Part shown: positions 49,924-59,583 of the stretch, in pieces
Numbering within the stretch: position 1 is the stretch's first letter
Layout of the letters: every line of letters starts with the position of its first letter
Assembly (NCBI GenBank): GCA_015231405.1
Contig: JADGBR010000008.1
Coordinates: forward strand, 25,216 to 89,215
DNA length: 64,000 nt
Direction of reading: 5' to 3'
Source: Candidatus Omnitrophota bacterium
GTDB lineage: Bacteria; Omnitrophota; Gorgyraeia; Tantalellales; Tantalellaceae
Notes under the pieces: model-generated
What the model was told of the DNA's origin: nothing
What the model saw: only the letters and a program-made list of their open reading frames with translations
Database searches by the model: none
Program-made: the position numbers and the translations under genes

Positions 49924-50706
49924 ATGACTAGAGTCCTCGGGATAGAGATTGTTAGCGATTCATTGGAAGGGGTTGTCGGTAAGATCGTTTGCAATTGCAG
50001 GAAAAATGGAAAAGAAAATAAAATAATCAGTGCCACTGATGCGACTGAGATAGTATTGGCAAACAAGGATCCGAAGTTTCATGAAGTGTTGAGCTCTTTC
50101 GAAATGCGTCTTCCCGATGGTATGGCCAGTATATGGGTAGCACGGCTCAAAGGCGATATAAAAGCACAAAGATGTTCCGGCGCAGACTTTTTTGAGATGG
50201 TCTTGCGCAACTCGTCGACTGAGTCGATTAATCATTTCTTTGTTGGCGGTAAGCCTGAATTATTGGAAAAGTTAAGAGCAATATGCGAAAATAAGTTTAA
50301 AAACACAAATATCGTTGGGATGTTCTCTCCGCCATTCGGAGACATAAGCAATGAGAGTATTGTGGATATGGCGTCTGTGATCAATAACAGTTTTGCAGAC
50401 ATTGTATGGGTGTTTTTGGGTACGCCAAAACAATGCTACTTCGCTTCGAAGTTGTCTAAATATACGAAAGTTAAATATATCATTACAGTTGGGGCAGCGA
50501 TAGATTTTATTACTAAAAATGTCACTCGTGCGCCAAGAATCATCCAATTACTAGGTCTGGAATGGGTGTTCAGAGTAATGATGGAGCCTCAAAGATTACT
50601 TCGGCGGTATTTGAATACGGTCTTATTGTTTTTTTTCTTTTCACTTAGAGAATTGCTTCAAGTACTTAAAATTAAATTCCTTAAAAGTGTAATAAATCAG
50701 AAATAA
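49924..50706 (+). CDS. WecB/TagA/CpsF-family (GT26) glycosyltransferase
   Basis: LPDGMASIWVARLKG and FLGTPKQ motifs typical of TagA/WecG. Confidence 0.75.
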   Translation: MTRVLGIEIVSDSLEGVVGKIVCNCRKNGKENKIISATDATEIVLANKDPKFHEVLSSFEMRLPDGMASIWVARLKGDIKAQRCSGADFFEMVLRNSSTESINHFFVGGKPELLEKLRAICENKFKNTNIVGMFSPPFGDISNESIVDMASVINNSFADIVWVFLGTPKQCYFASKLSKYTKVKYIITVGAAIDFITKNVTRAPRIIQLLGLEWVFRVMMEPQRLLRRYLNTVLLFFFFSLRELLQVLKIKFLKSVINQK

Positions 50707-50715
50707 AAGAGTAAT

Positions 50716-51828
50716 ATGAATCGAAAAAAGATAAAATTATGTTTTTTTTCACCGATGGCATATCCTCTATTTAAGAAGACTAATGGGAACCATGGCGGTG
50801 CGGAAGTAGATCTTTATTTAATATCGACGGAGATCGCAAAAAATGATAGGTATTCCGTTAGTCTTTTGGTCGGTGATTATGGGCAGGAGCCCTTGGAATT
50901 AATCGAAAATGTACGATTAATAAAGCTCAAATATGAAAGTATGAAAACCGAGAAATCCTTAATTAGGAAAATCCTTAAAAGGTTGTACTTAGTGACGGTT
51001 TTGGTGAAATATCGTTTTGATCTGTATTTTCTGGAGGCAATGTCTGAGCACTTAGGTTATATTGTATTTATCGGAAAAATGCTCGGGAATGGCAAAGTTA
51101 TATACCGAACAGCGAGTGATCTAGATTACGAGTATCTGGAATATTTACATGGATTTGAACGATCGTTATTTGGTTTTGCAATTCAACATACGGATATTCT
51201 CATTTCACAGCATGTTGGTCAGAAAGAGCGTTGGGAAAATAAACTAAAAATGAGGTCAATTGTCGTTGAGAATGGATTCAGAATAACCTCATCGAATATC
51301 GCCTGTAAGGAATATTTTCTCTGGGTTGGCAGAGCTGATAAATTAAAGAGGCCTGACTTATTTCTGGATATTGCGATGAAACTGCCAGGAAAAAAGTTTG
51401 TAATGATAATCCCCGGTGAAAACCCATTGAGTGAACGAATTCGGACACGGGCGATTGGGATGGATAACGTTATTTATTCAAGCGGTATAAGTTTTTTTGA
51501 TATCCAGGACTATTACAACGGAGCAAAATGCTTGATAAATACTTCCCAATTCGAAGGGTTCCCGAACACCTTTATCCAGGCTTTTCTTGGGAAAACCCCT
51601 GTTTTAAGCTTTTTAGTGAATCCCGGCAATATAATCGATGATTTTAATCTCGGGCTTTGTTGCAGGGACGATATCGATCAAGCGATTGATTTTATAAATA
51701 ACCTGGATGATCAAGTGATAATGAAATTAGGTGAAAATGCCTTTCGGTATGTTAATGAAAGACACGACATAAGACAAAAAGTGTCCTTGTACACCGAGAT
51801 GATCGATACTTTAGTGGGAGAAAAATAA
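50716..51828 (+). CDS. Glycosyltransferase (GT4-like)
   Basis: C-terminal FEGFPNTFIQAFLGKTPVLS GT1/GT4 motif. Confidence 0.6.
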   Translation: MNRKKIKLCFFSPMAYPLFKKTNGNHGGAEVDLYLISTEIAKNDRYSVSLLVGDYGQEPLELIENVRLIKLKYESMKTEKSLIRKILKRLYLVTVLVKYRFDLYFLEAMSEHLGYIVFIGKMLGNGKVIYRTASDLDYEYLEYLHGFERSLFGFAIQHTDILISQHVGQKERWENKLKMRSIVVENGFRITSSNIACKEYFLWVGRADKLKRPDLFLDIAMKLPGKKFVMIIPGENPLSERIRTRAIGMDNVIYSSGISFFDIQDYYNGAKCLINTSQFEGFPNTFIQAFLGKTPVLSFLVNPGNIIDDFNLGLCCRDDIDQAIDFINNLDDQVIMKLGENAFRYVNERHDIRQKVSLYTEMIDTLVGEK

Positions 51829-51831
51829 TTC

Positions 51832-53226
51832 ATGAAGAGTCTTAGATCTTTGGTTGTATTGATATTAGTTGTTGCTGGTGGTGCTATTCTGAGCCATCAT
51901 CTGATCGAAAAGAACCTTTTGTTGTTCATGATTGCTTTGTTGTTTGGTACTCTTATTTATCTTTTTTTTTATGATAAGCCAATTAATGCCCTTTCCTTTT
52001 ACATTCTGCTTCTGCCATTCGCTGGAACATACCTGTTTAACTGCAAATTATTGCCGGTGCCGGGTGGTAAAGTCATAATACTATTGTTTTTCTTTATGCT
52101 GCTTGTTTGCCTGCTAAACATAAAGAAGTTTAACAGGCTTCATCCTAAGGTGATTTCCTTCATTGTTTTTATATTCTTTGTTGAGATCGTGTGTCATCTC
52201 AGGGGATTGGAAAACTTAAAAAGTCTTTCTTTCTTTTTCGGTGAGCCGTTGGAGCCTCTGAACTTTATTTTGTCATATTTATTAAAACCGTTTACATTTT
52301 TTTTCCCCTTTGTAATGATACTTTTATTCTGTAAAAATGATGAGGAATTGCGCGTTTTGAACAAATATTTAAAGCTATCTGTAACAATATTTGCTTTCTC
52401 GATCTTTTTCTATTATCTCTTTTTTGTGGGAAATAAGAGCAGTATTGACGATGTCCGCTATGAGTTATCGGTTTTTGTCGGCGTTCATTCAAATGAATTC
52501 ACACGTATTCTGACGATGACGGTTTTGTTCTTTTTTGTGGATCTGCTGCATAACCCAAAATCGATCAAAATAATTGTCCCTTTTATAATGCTTATTTCCG
52601 TTGTCATGATCTCATATTCCCGAACGGCATATCTAATTATTGTTTTGGAGATCTTTTTATTCCTGTTGTTAAGTGGACGAAAAAAATATTTGCCTTTCCT
52701 ATTCTTTATATTTATATTTATTGCTTTACTTGTTCCAACCACGATCAAAGAAAGGGTGTCGTATGGTGTTAATAACGATGATATTTCGGCCGGAAGGGTT
52801 CAGAACATATGGATGCCGCTAATAAACGAGTATGTGAATGATCCTCGAAAACTCTTCCTGGGTGCTGGTATAGGTGGGATAGTATTAACTCAGTCATTCA
52901 AGAGAAATTTAATGCTCGATGTCGGGCACGCACATAACATGTTCCTGACGTTCATTGTCGATAATGGGATTATTTTGCTTATAGTTCTGCTGTACTTGTA
53001 TTATTCGATCATAAAGCTAATTTGGATCGATACGAAAAACGCTAATGTATCACTTTCAAAAGATTACAATATTTCAATCATAGTTATAATTGTTTGTTAT
53101 TTCGTTTCGGGTATGACTGATCAGTCGTTGTTGCCAACCTACCCTAATTATATTTTATGGGTAATCATGGGGATAGCCTTAATTAACAGTAATATAGCCA
53201 AAGACAACAATAAAATAAGATATTGA
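51832..53226 (+). CDS. Wzy-type O-antigen/EPS polymerase (O-antigen ligase-like domain)
   Basis: About 11 TM helices, a large loop, and a conserved GAGIGG...HAHNMFL motif near the C-terminus. Very low GC. Confidence 0.6.
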   Translation: MKSLRSLVVLILVVAGGAILSHHLIEKNLLLFMIALLFGTLIYLFFYDKPINALSFYILLLPFAGTYLFNCKLLPVPGGKVIILLFFFMLLVCLLNIKKFNRLHPKVISFIVFIFFVEIVCHLRGLENLKSLSFFFGEPLEPLNFILSYLLKPFTFFFPFVMILLFCKNDEELRVLNKYLKLSVTIFAFSIFFYYLFFVGNKSSIDDVRYELSVFVGVHSNEFTRILTMTVLFFFVDLLHNPKSIKIIVPFIMLISVVMISYSRTAYLIIVLEIFLFLLLSGRKKYLPFLFFIFIFIALLVPTTIKERVSYGVNNDDISAGRVQNIWMPLINEYVNDPRKLFLGAGIGGIVLTQSFKRNLMLDVGHAHNMFLTFIVDNGIILLIVLLYLYYSIIKLIWIDTKNANVSLSKDYNISIIVIIVCYFVSGMTDQSLLPTYPNYILWVIMGIALINSNIAKDNNKIRY

Positions 53227-53245
53227 ACATACAAGATACCCCACA

Positions 53246-54202
53246 ATGTTTAAAACTGGTATTCATAACTTATCGGGTCTAACAAAGTTTACACTAACGG
53301 ACATATTCGGCAGTTCAAGAAATATCTATATAGGATTATATGATCAGGTCGGTCGCTTGGATCGAGTGGATATTCCGTCTTTGCAGGAAAAGATACTCAA
53401 TGATATTAGGTATCGTAACGTATTTAAGAGAACCTATCAAAATCGTTTCGATGAATTTGATAATATCTGCATAGATGCAATGAAGCATTTTATTATTTCT
53501 TCGAATAAGGTATTGGTCCATGATCTGGCAGTATCCGATGGTAGGACGTCGTATGATTTCTATAAATTATTGATTAAACAATCCCCGGGAGAGATCATCT
53601 ATTTCGCATCAGATATATTGCCATATGTTTTCGAGATTTCAACGGTGGGGAGTAGGGTAAAAACGATCATTGATAAGGGGCAGAATGTTATTCAGGTTAT
53701 TTTTCCTCCATTTGTATTTAATGAGTTCAGCCAAGATAATAAACTCTATTTTATCAACCTAATGCTTAAATATGTTATCGATAGAACCGTGGTAAAAGCT
53801 CAGCTGCGGGATGTGAGAAATAATGAGGCGAAGCTGGTAATTAAAAAGATCTATTTGGTCGATAAAAAGTGCAGGGATCTAATGAGCGTGGACCATAACT
53901 TTAGTTTTGAAAGTTACGATATATTCGATCGGGCAACAAGACAAGTCAATATTGTCAGGGCTATGAACATATTGAATCCGACTTATTTCCCGCAAAGCGA
54001 TATCAAAATAATATTGAGGAATATTCATGATTCATTGTTAGTTGACGGTTATTTAATAGTCGGTTCTAATGGGGATAAAGGCAGTTGTGTGGATGGCGGA
54101 ATTTATCAGAAAATGAATACTGGGTTTATATCCCTTAGACATGCCGCAGTTCCTTCGCGGATCAATCAGGTTATTATTGATTTTGACCGAACGGAGTTAT
54201 GA
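53246..54202 (+). CDS. Hypothetical protein
   Basis: 318-aa soluble ORF in the polysaccharide locus with no recognisable motif. VLVHDLAVSDGRTS is weakly methyltransferase-motif-I-like. Confidence 0.3.
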   Translation: MFKTGIHNLSGLTKFTLTDIFGSSRNIYIGLYDQVGRLDRVDIPSLQEKILNDIRYRNVFKRTYQNRFDEFDNICIDAMKHFIISSNKVLVHDLAVSDGRTSYDFYKLLIKQSPGEIIYFASDILPYVFEISTVGSRVKTIIDKGQNVIQVIFPPFVFNEFSQDNKLYFINLMLKYVIDRTVVKAQLRDVRNNEAKLVIKKIYLVDKKCRDLMSVDHNFSFESYDIFDRATRQVNIVRAMNILNPTYFPQSDIKIILRNIHDSLLVDGYLIVGSNGDKGSCVDGGIYQKMNTGFISLRHAAVPSRINQVIIDFDRTEL

Positions 54203-54209
54203 ATATTGA

Positions 54210-55421
54210 GTGATCATTACTCGGTTGGGGACGTTGTTCTGGTATGACCGGCAATGGCTTGTGTCGCCGGAAATATTGGTAATGATTGAGATGAAAAAAA
54301 ATAAAATATTGTTGGTAGTGCCCGAGATCTCAGGCGGCGGAGCCGAAAAAGTCATGTGCCTTCTGGCCCGGCATCTCGATAAAACTAAATTTACTATCAC
54401 TTTGATCGTATTCGGGTGTCAAGACCAATGTTTTCAAGCTATTAAGGATGTTACCGTCGTATTCCTTGGCAAGAAGAATATGTGGGGATTTTTTAAAGTG
54501 ATACTATCACTGCGGAGTATTATCGATAGTTATCATCCTGAAGTGGTATTAAGTTTCTTGTATTATTCAAATATAAGTGTTACTTTAGCGCAGGCATTAT
54601 CCTTTAATAAACCCAAGTTGATCTTATCTGCAAGAAATTACAATGAAGTAGGGGCTTCTAGGTTTAAGTTCCTGAAATTGTACTTGTTAAAATATGCTTA
54701 TACTAAGGCTGATATGGTAATCGCCAATGCTGAAAAGTTAAATTATCTTCTTAGGGAAGAAAATAAGGATAAAAGTGAGAAGTTTTTAACGATATATAAT
54801 CCGATTGATACTCATGAAATAGACGTCAAGAGCCAAGAGGGTGTCGAGGACTATGTGCCTCGTAATAACAATTTCCCAAGGATAATCACAGTTGGTCGAC
54901 TCGAAAAACAAAAAAGGCAAGATATCCTTCTTGCGGCCATATCAGAAATATTACACAGCTATAATATACCGATCAATTTGTTGATAATGGGGGAGGGCAG
55001 CTTGAAGAGAAAACTGATCATTTTGGCTAAATCTCTTGGAATTGAGAATAATGTTGATTTTATCGGTTTTAAGCTCAACCCATACCCGTTGATAAAGCAG
55101 AGTGATATATTTGTGTTATCATCAGATCATGAAGGATTCCCAAATGTACTTTTAGAGGCTATGGCATGCGGAACTCCAGTTATCTCAACTGATTGTAATT
55201 CAGGTCCCAATGAAATCATAACAGATGGCCAGGACGGGTTACTTGTGCCAGTCGGTGATAGTACAACGATGGCTAAGAAGATCGTTCAATTATTGTCAGA
55301 TGAAAACACAAGAAAGCTCTTTGCCGAAAAAGGTCTGCAAAAAGCGAATAAGTTTTCCGTTAAGAGTATAATTCCTCAGTACGAAAAAGCGATATTGAAT
55401 GTAATTGGTGAAGATAAATGA
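54210..55421 (+). CDS. Glycosyltransferase family 4
   Basis: EGFPNVLLEAMACGTPVISTDCNSGPNEII. The start is either the GTG at 54210 or the ATG at 54282 or 54291. Confidence 0.8.
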   Translation: MIITRLGTLFWYDRQWLVSPEILVMIEMKKNKILLVVPEISGGGAEKVMCLLARHLDKTKFTITLIVFGCQDQCFQAIKDVTVVFLGKKNMWGFFKVILSLRSIIDSYHPEVVLSFLYYSNISVTLAQALSFNKPKLILSARNYNEVGASRFKFLKLYLLKYAYTKADMVIANAEKLNYLLREENKDKSEKFLTIYNPIDTHEIDVKSQEGVEDYVPRNNNFPRIITVGRLEKQKRQDILLAAISEILHSYNIPINLLIMGEGSLKRKLIILAKSLGIENNVDFIGFKLNPYPLIKQSDIFVLSSDHEGFPNVLLEAMACGTPVISTDCNSGPNEIITDGQDGLLVPVGDSTTMAKKIVQLLSDENTRKLFAEKGLQKANKFSVKSIIPQYEKAILNVIGEDK

Positions 55422-55423
55422 AA

Positions 55424-57205
55424 TCACGTGTTCTTTTTGCTTGACTCAATATACTGCTTATGGTACTTACCGTAAGAATAATATGAGTGTGCCGAAAAAG
55501 AAGATGATCTGATCCCGTTGAGTATCCCACCGAGAACCGGAATATTTAACTCGTTAAAGCGGTTAATACAACGTGTTATAATATCGAGGCTTGCGAAATT
55601 GTACCGGATAACAAAAAGAATTTGATTGAGAATCTTTCCGAGAACGGCGGAATCGGCAATTATGTAGGCCGGAGGACTGTCGATAATCAGCATATCGCAT
55701 TTTTGAAGAAGAATCTTAATCGTATTTTTCATCCTGTCTGTATCGAAAAGTTCAGTAGGGTTTGAGACGTGTTTTCCGGCGGGAATTATAGAAATGGCCG
55801 AGCCTGGCAAGGTCACCAGTACGTCAGAGAGTTCTAGTGTCTGATCAGTTAAGTAATCTGATAAGCCGGTATGTTTTTCCAGGCTTAGGAAGTTAGAAAG
55901 ACCGCCTATCCGTATGTCACCGTCGATAAGTATGGTCTTTTTGCCGTCATTTGAAAATGCCGTCGCCAATGACAAAGCGACAAATGATTTTCCCTCATTT
56001 GGGAGACTACCGGTAAGCACGAAACCGTTGAGGTGCGACTTTTGCATGGCGAATGTTAGGTTCGTTCGGATCATTCTTAGGCTTTCGTTGATCTCAAAGG
56101 AATTGCTGATAAGGTTCTGGATGTCATAGATATTGGCGATTTTAAACTTCTTTTCTATGTTTGGTATACCTCCGATATTTGGGATTTTAAGAGAGAGTTC
56201 AATGATGTGTGAGTCCTTTATCGTCCTGGAAGATGTTTCGATGAGTATGATAACGACTAATCCAAGAAGGATCCCGGAAAAGATCGATAAGATGAGAGTT
56301 ACCATTACTTTTGGTTTAATAGGGTATTTGGAGACTTCGGCGTAATCAACTATCTTCACGTTATTAGCCTGCATTACGCCTGTGAGTTCAGCTTTAACGT
56401 TTAATAATACTTTTTCGGTTTCCTTCAATATGCTGGTATCGACTATGTCTTTCTGGTTAAAAAGAGCAACCATTTTAGGGTGTTTTGGCTTATAGCGGTT
56501 CGCCAGACCGGCAATCTCTGATTCAAGCTTTATCTGTTCTGTTTTGAGATTTTGGATAACGGGGTTTTCAACTATCTGAGGAAAAGTTTCATAGATTTTG
56601 CTGTTTATCTTTCCCTTTGAAATGTCCTTGAGCTGTTCAGACATTTGGCTAAGCGCGGTTGGATCTGGAATTAGTTTCAGCATCTCTTTAGACATAAACA
56701 ACATGTTTTCAAGGTTTTGCTCAACGAATTGGGTCGCGAGCATATTTGCGAATTTGGCTGCCATTACCGGGTCAGGGAAATCTATGCTAATTTCCACAAG
56801 TCTGCTATTTTTTATGGGTTTGATATCGATGAGCCCGAGGAAAATATCTGCTGGTTTCGATCCTGGTTGTTGAAAATAATTCTGTGATGAAAGATTCAAA
56901 AGGCTAACCACCCGCTCTGCAAGAGATTTGCTTTTTAGTATTTCGTACTGTGTGTTGTAGTAGTCATCGTCGAAAAGGGTTAAGGATAAGTAGTCTTGCC
57001 TGTCAGACAAAGAGGATTTTGAGGGCTTTTCTATCAAAAGTAACACAGTGGACCTGAAAATGGGGGTAGTAGTTTTCAAATAGACGAAGGCGCCGATAAG
57101 AAAGGAAATGACGATGACACAAAACAGCAACTTATGAACGAAAAGATAAGTGAGAATCGTCTGGGGATCAAGGGCTTCTTCTAACTTGTGTTTATTGTTG
57201 TCCAT
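55424..57205 (-). CDS. Wzc/GumC-family polysaccharide co-polymerase / tyrosine autokinase (BY-kinase)
   Basis: N-terminal Wzz domain with a TM helix. C-terminal P-loop GSLPNEGKS, Walker A' ILIDGD, Walker B MLIIDSPP, and a C-terminal Tyr cluster SYYSYGKYHKQY. Confidence 0.8.
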   Translation of the reverse strand: MDNNKHKLEEALDPQTILTYLFVHKLLFCVIVISFLIGAFVYLKTTTPIFRSTVLLLIEKPSKSSLSDRQDYLSLTLFDDDYYNTQYEILKSKSLAERVVSLLNLSSQNYFQQPGSKPADIFLGLIDIKPIKNSRLVEISIDFPDPVMAAKFANMLATQFVEQNLENMLFMSKEMLKLIPDPTALSQMSEQLKDISKGKINSKIYETFPQIVENPVIQNLKTEQIKLESEIAGLANRYKPKHPKMVALFNQKDIVDTSILKETEKVLLNVKAELTGVMQANNVKIVDYAEVSKYPIKPKVMVTLILSIFSGILLGLVVIILIETSSRTIKDSHIIELSLKIPNIGGIPNIEKKFKIANIYDIQNLISNSFEINESLRMIRTNLTFAMQKSHLNGFVLTGSLPNEGKSFVALSLATAFSNDGKKTILIDGDIRIGGLSNFLSLEKHTGLSDYLTDQTLELSDVLVTLPGSAISIIPAGKHVSNPTELFDTDRMKNTIKILLQKCDMLIIDSPPAYIIADSAVLGKILNQILFVIRYNFASLDIITRCINRFNELNIPVLGGILNGIRSSSFSAHSYYSYGKYHKQYIESSKKNT

Positions 57206-57213
57206 ATTAGTCT

Positions 57214-57792
57214 TTAGAAGGAACTTTCCGGGACAATGATTATGTCACTTTTTTCAATGTCGATGTCTTCGGCTTGGCCCTTAAGAACGAGTTTTAAATT
57301 GGGATCAAGCGCTTTTTTTTCACCGTCTGGCATGGTCCTAATAATTTTTGTGCCGTTAGGGTTAGCATATCTATCGAAACCCCCGGCTATCGCTATTGCT
57401 TCAAGTGTATTGATCGTTTTATCTTCCGGTAGAGCGTAAGAACCGGGTTTTGTGACATTTCCCATTACGGTGAAAGTACGGTTGGTAGATGTTCCGATCG
57501 AAGCAGATACACTCGGATTGACTAGATAATCAGCTTCAAGCAATTGGCTGATCTTTTTTGAAACTCCGAGAGTTGACAAACCCTCGACGCTGACAGATCC
57601 AAGAAGCGGGAATTCGATAGTTCCGTTGTTCCTTACCTGATAAGCTCCCGAAAGGTCTTCCTCTCGGTACACGGTTATTTTAAGTTCGTCTCCTGTTTGG
57701 ACAGTCTGTATCTTTTCGGTAGCATTACCTGAAACAAAGGATAACGCAAGAAAACAGAGTAAGAAAGAACTGACAAACAAAAAAATTTTCAT
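57214..57792 (-). CDS. Polysaccharide export protein (Wza/GumB-like; Poly_export + SLBB)
   Basis: Signal peptide. IQTGDELKITVY...NGTIEFPLLGSVSVEGLS motif. Confidence 0.65.
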   Translation of the reverse strand: MKIFLFVSSFLLCFLALSFVSGNATEKIQTVQTGDELKITVYREEDLSGAYQVRNNGTIEFPLLGSVSVEGLSTLGVSKKISQLLEADYLVNPSVSASIGTSTNRTFTVMGNVTKPGSYALPEDKTINTLEAIAIAGGFDRYANPNGTKIIRTMPDGEKKALDPNLKLVLKGQAEDIDIEKSDIIIVPESSF

Positions 57793-59420
57793 GTTTTTTG
57801 ATAGAGGTTAAAAAGCTCATCAACTTTAAGTTCCAATACGAATCGGTTCTCCTTAATGTTCGCGCTGTCAAGGTTAGAATCCCTGCATGAGAGGGAATAC
57901 TTGAAATTAAGGAACATGTTCTGTAACAGTCTGTATTCTAAAAGGGTACCCAATAAGAAATAATTGTCAATTTGTTTTTTAAAAAGACCCGATGTCGATG
58001 TGTTTGTAGAAGGGGTCGTTCTTTTGTAAAGTCCGCTTATCGTGAATTGCAGGTCTGGGGAAAACAAACATTGCGAAAGGGTGGTGGCGATGCTTGAGTA
58101 GCGGGAATAGATTCCGGGCGCAGAATCGACTATGCCCTCGCTGGTACTAATATTATAGAAAGTTGTTTTTGTGGGAGTAAGTTTGTAGTCCGCATTAAAT
58201 TCCAGGCCGCTGAAGTTCTTGTAATCGTTAAAATGTGACCGTTCAGTGAACCCTAGTGATGTTCCGACAAAATGATTTTTGCGAGGTTTTGTTAGCATGC
58301 TTAGTGCGACACCATTGGAGTAATAGTTGGGGTCTTTCTGGTTATAGTAGTTCGCCGACTTAAAAGTATAAAAGAGCTCGAATTCGGTCAGGAGGGAATG
58401 AGCGTATCTAATGGAAGGTGAGTAGGTATGTGAGAGAAGACTTGATTCGCGGCCGATCTTGTTGGTGGCGAAATTATTGTAGTAGTTCTCGTAAGCGAAA
58501 ATAAATGACGTCTTTGGGCTGATTTCATAGCTTAAAGATGGTCGAAACCTGTTATTGTTATACCACGATATCGCAGCCAATTGGTCTGTCCCGCCGGGTT
58601 CACTGCTTCCGATGGGTTTGTAACCGTCGAAAAAGTTCATCTTGAGTTTTTTGTTTGTAAAAAGGCTTGCATTGACGTTTACGTTGTTCTCAATACGGTT
58701 GAACTGAGGATAGTAGGAATAGTAATAGTGGTCGACAGAGTAGTCTAGAAAAAACCTGTTAATTTGGGTGTTGCTAAACGATAATACGGAAAGTTCGGAT
58801 TTGTTTATCAGTTCCTGTTTCCTATTGTTGCTCGTGTTGAATAGGTTATCGGTATAAATAAGCTCATTATCAGTGGCAGGGATAACGCCTCTTTTTCTTT
58901 CAAGCATTAAGATATTGATCCTTGACTTGATTTTTTCCAAGCGGTTTTTTGATAGAAGATCGCGAGGGACAATATTAAAATTTGTCTCGGCAAGGTCGCT
59001 GGTCTTATAGTCAACTTTGGAGAAAGAACTGTCCTCAATATCTTTTTTGAATTGTTCGACATCTTCGGGGGTTGGTTCAGTTATTTCTCCGTTATTGTGT
59101 TCCTGTGCTAATTTTAGTGCCATGGTATCGGTCGCATAGTCGAGATTTGCAGATCGTGATGGGGAGTTTGAGCCTTGCCGTTTATCTTTTGGCAAAATTA
59201 ATTGTTTTGTTCTATGTTGAGGTCCGTTGGCGATTGAAGGCTGATCTGTTTCCTTGTTCTTAATTTTGTTGTCTAATTCGTTGATCTTCTTGTTTGTTTT
59301 GCTTAACAATTCGGTTAAGTTTAGATTTTTGTCGTTTGGCTCAAGACTGAAAGAAAATGGCGCGAACAATAGCAGGTAGAAGGTGGTAAAAAATATACGG
59401 TAAAGCTTAGATTTATGCAT
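57789..59420 (-). CDS. Putative outer-membrane beta-barrel protein associated with polysaccharide export
   Basis: Signal peptide, an N-terminal Lys/Asn-rich coiled segment, then about 400 aa of Tyr/Asn/Ser-rich amphipathic beta-strand-like sequence. 4-nt overlap with the wza-like gene. Confidence 0.3.
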   Translation of the reverse strand: MHKSKLYRIFFTTFYLLLFAPFSFSLEPNDKNLNLTELLSKTNKKINELDNKIKNKETDQPSIANGPQHRTKQLILPKDKRQGSNSPSRSANLDYATDTMALKLAQEHNNGEITEPTPEDVEQFKKDIEDSSFSKVDYKTSDLAETNFNIVPRDLLSKNRLEKIKSRINILMLERKRGVIPATDNELIYTDNLFNTSNNRKQELINKSELSVLSFSNTQINRFFLDYSVDHYYYSYYPQFNRIENNVNVNASLFTNKKLKMNFFDGYKPIGSSEPGGTDQLAAISWYNNNRFRPSLSYEISPKTSFIFAYENYYNNFATNKIGRESSLLSHTYSPSIRYAHSLLTEFELFYTFKSANYYNQKDPNYYSNGVALSMLTKPRKNHFVGTSLGFTERSHFNDYKNFSGLEFNADYKLTPTKTTFYNISTSEGIVDSAPGIYSRYSSIATTLSQCLFSPDLQFTISGLYKRTTPSTNTSTSGLFKKQIDNYFLLGTLLEYRLLQNMFLNFKYSLSCRDSNLDSANIKENRFVLELKVDELFNLYQKT

Positions 59421-59546
59421 AATTCAGCCTCGTTTGGCGACATTCACTTAGAGCAAATTTACTTGATTCGATCTCCTTAGTCAAGGGCCGATGAGGTAAT
59501 ATATCCACCTATGACAAAAACTATTTTGACACGAAGATTTCTCAGC

Positions 59547-59575
59547 TTGACCCACCACTCAAGAGCCTATATAAT
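59547..59575 (+). promoter_or_regulatory. Sigma70-like promoter, TTGACC-17nt-TATAAT, giving a near-leaderless murI transcript
   Basis: TTGACC at 59547-59552 and TATAAT at 59570-59575. The ATG is at 59584, only 8 nt after the -10 element. Confidence 0.4.
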
Positions 59576-59583
59576 TAACAATT

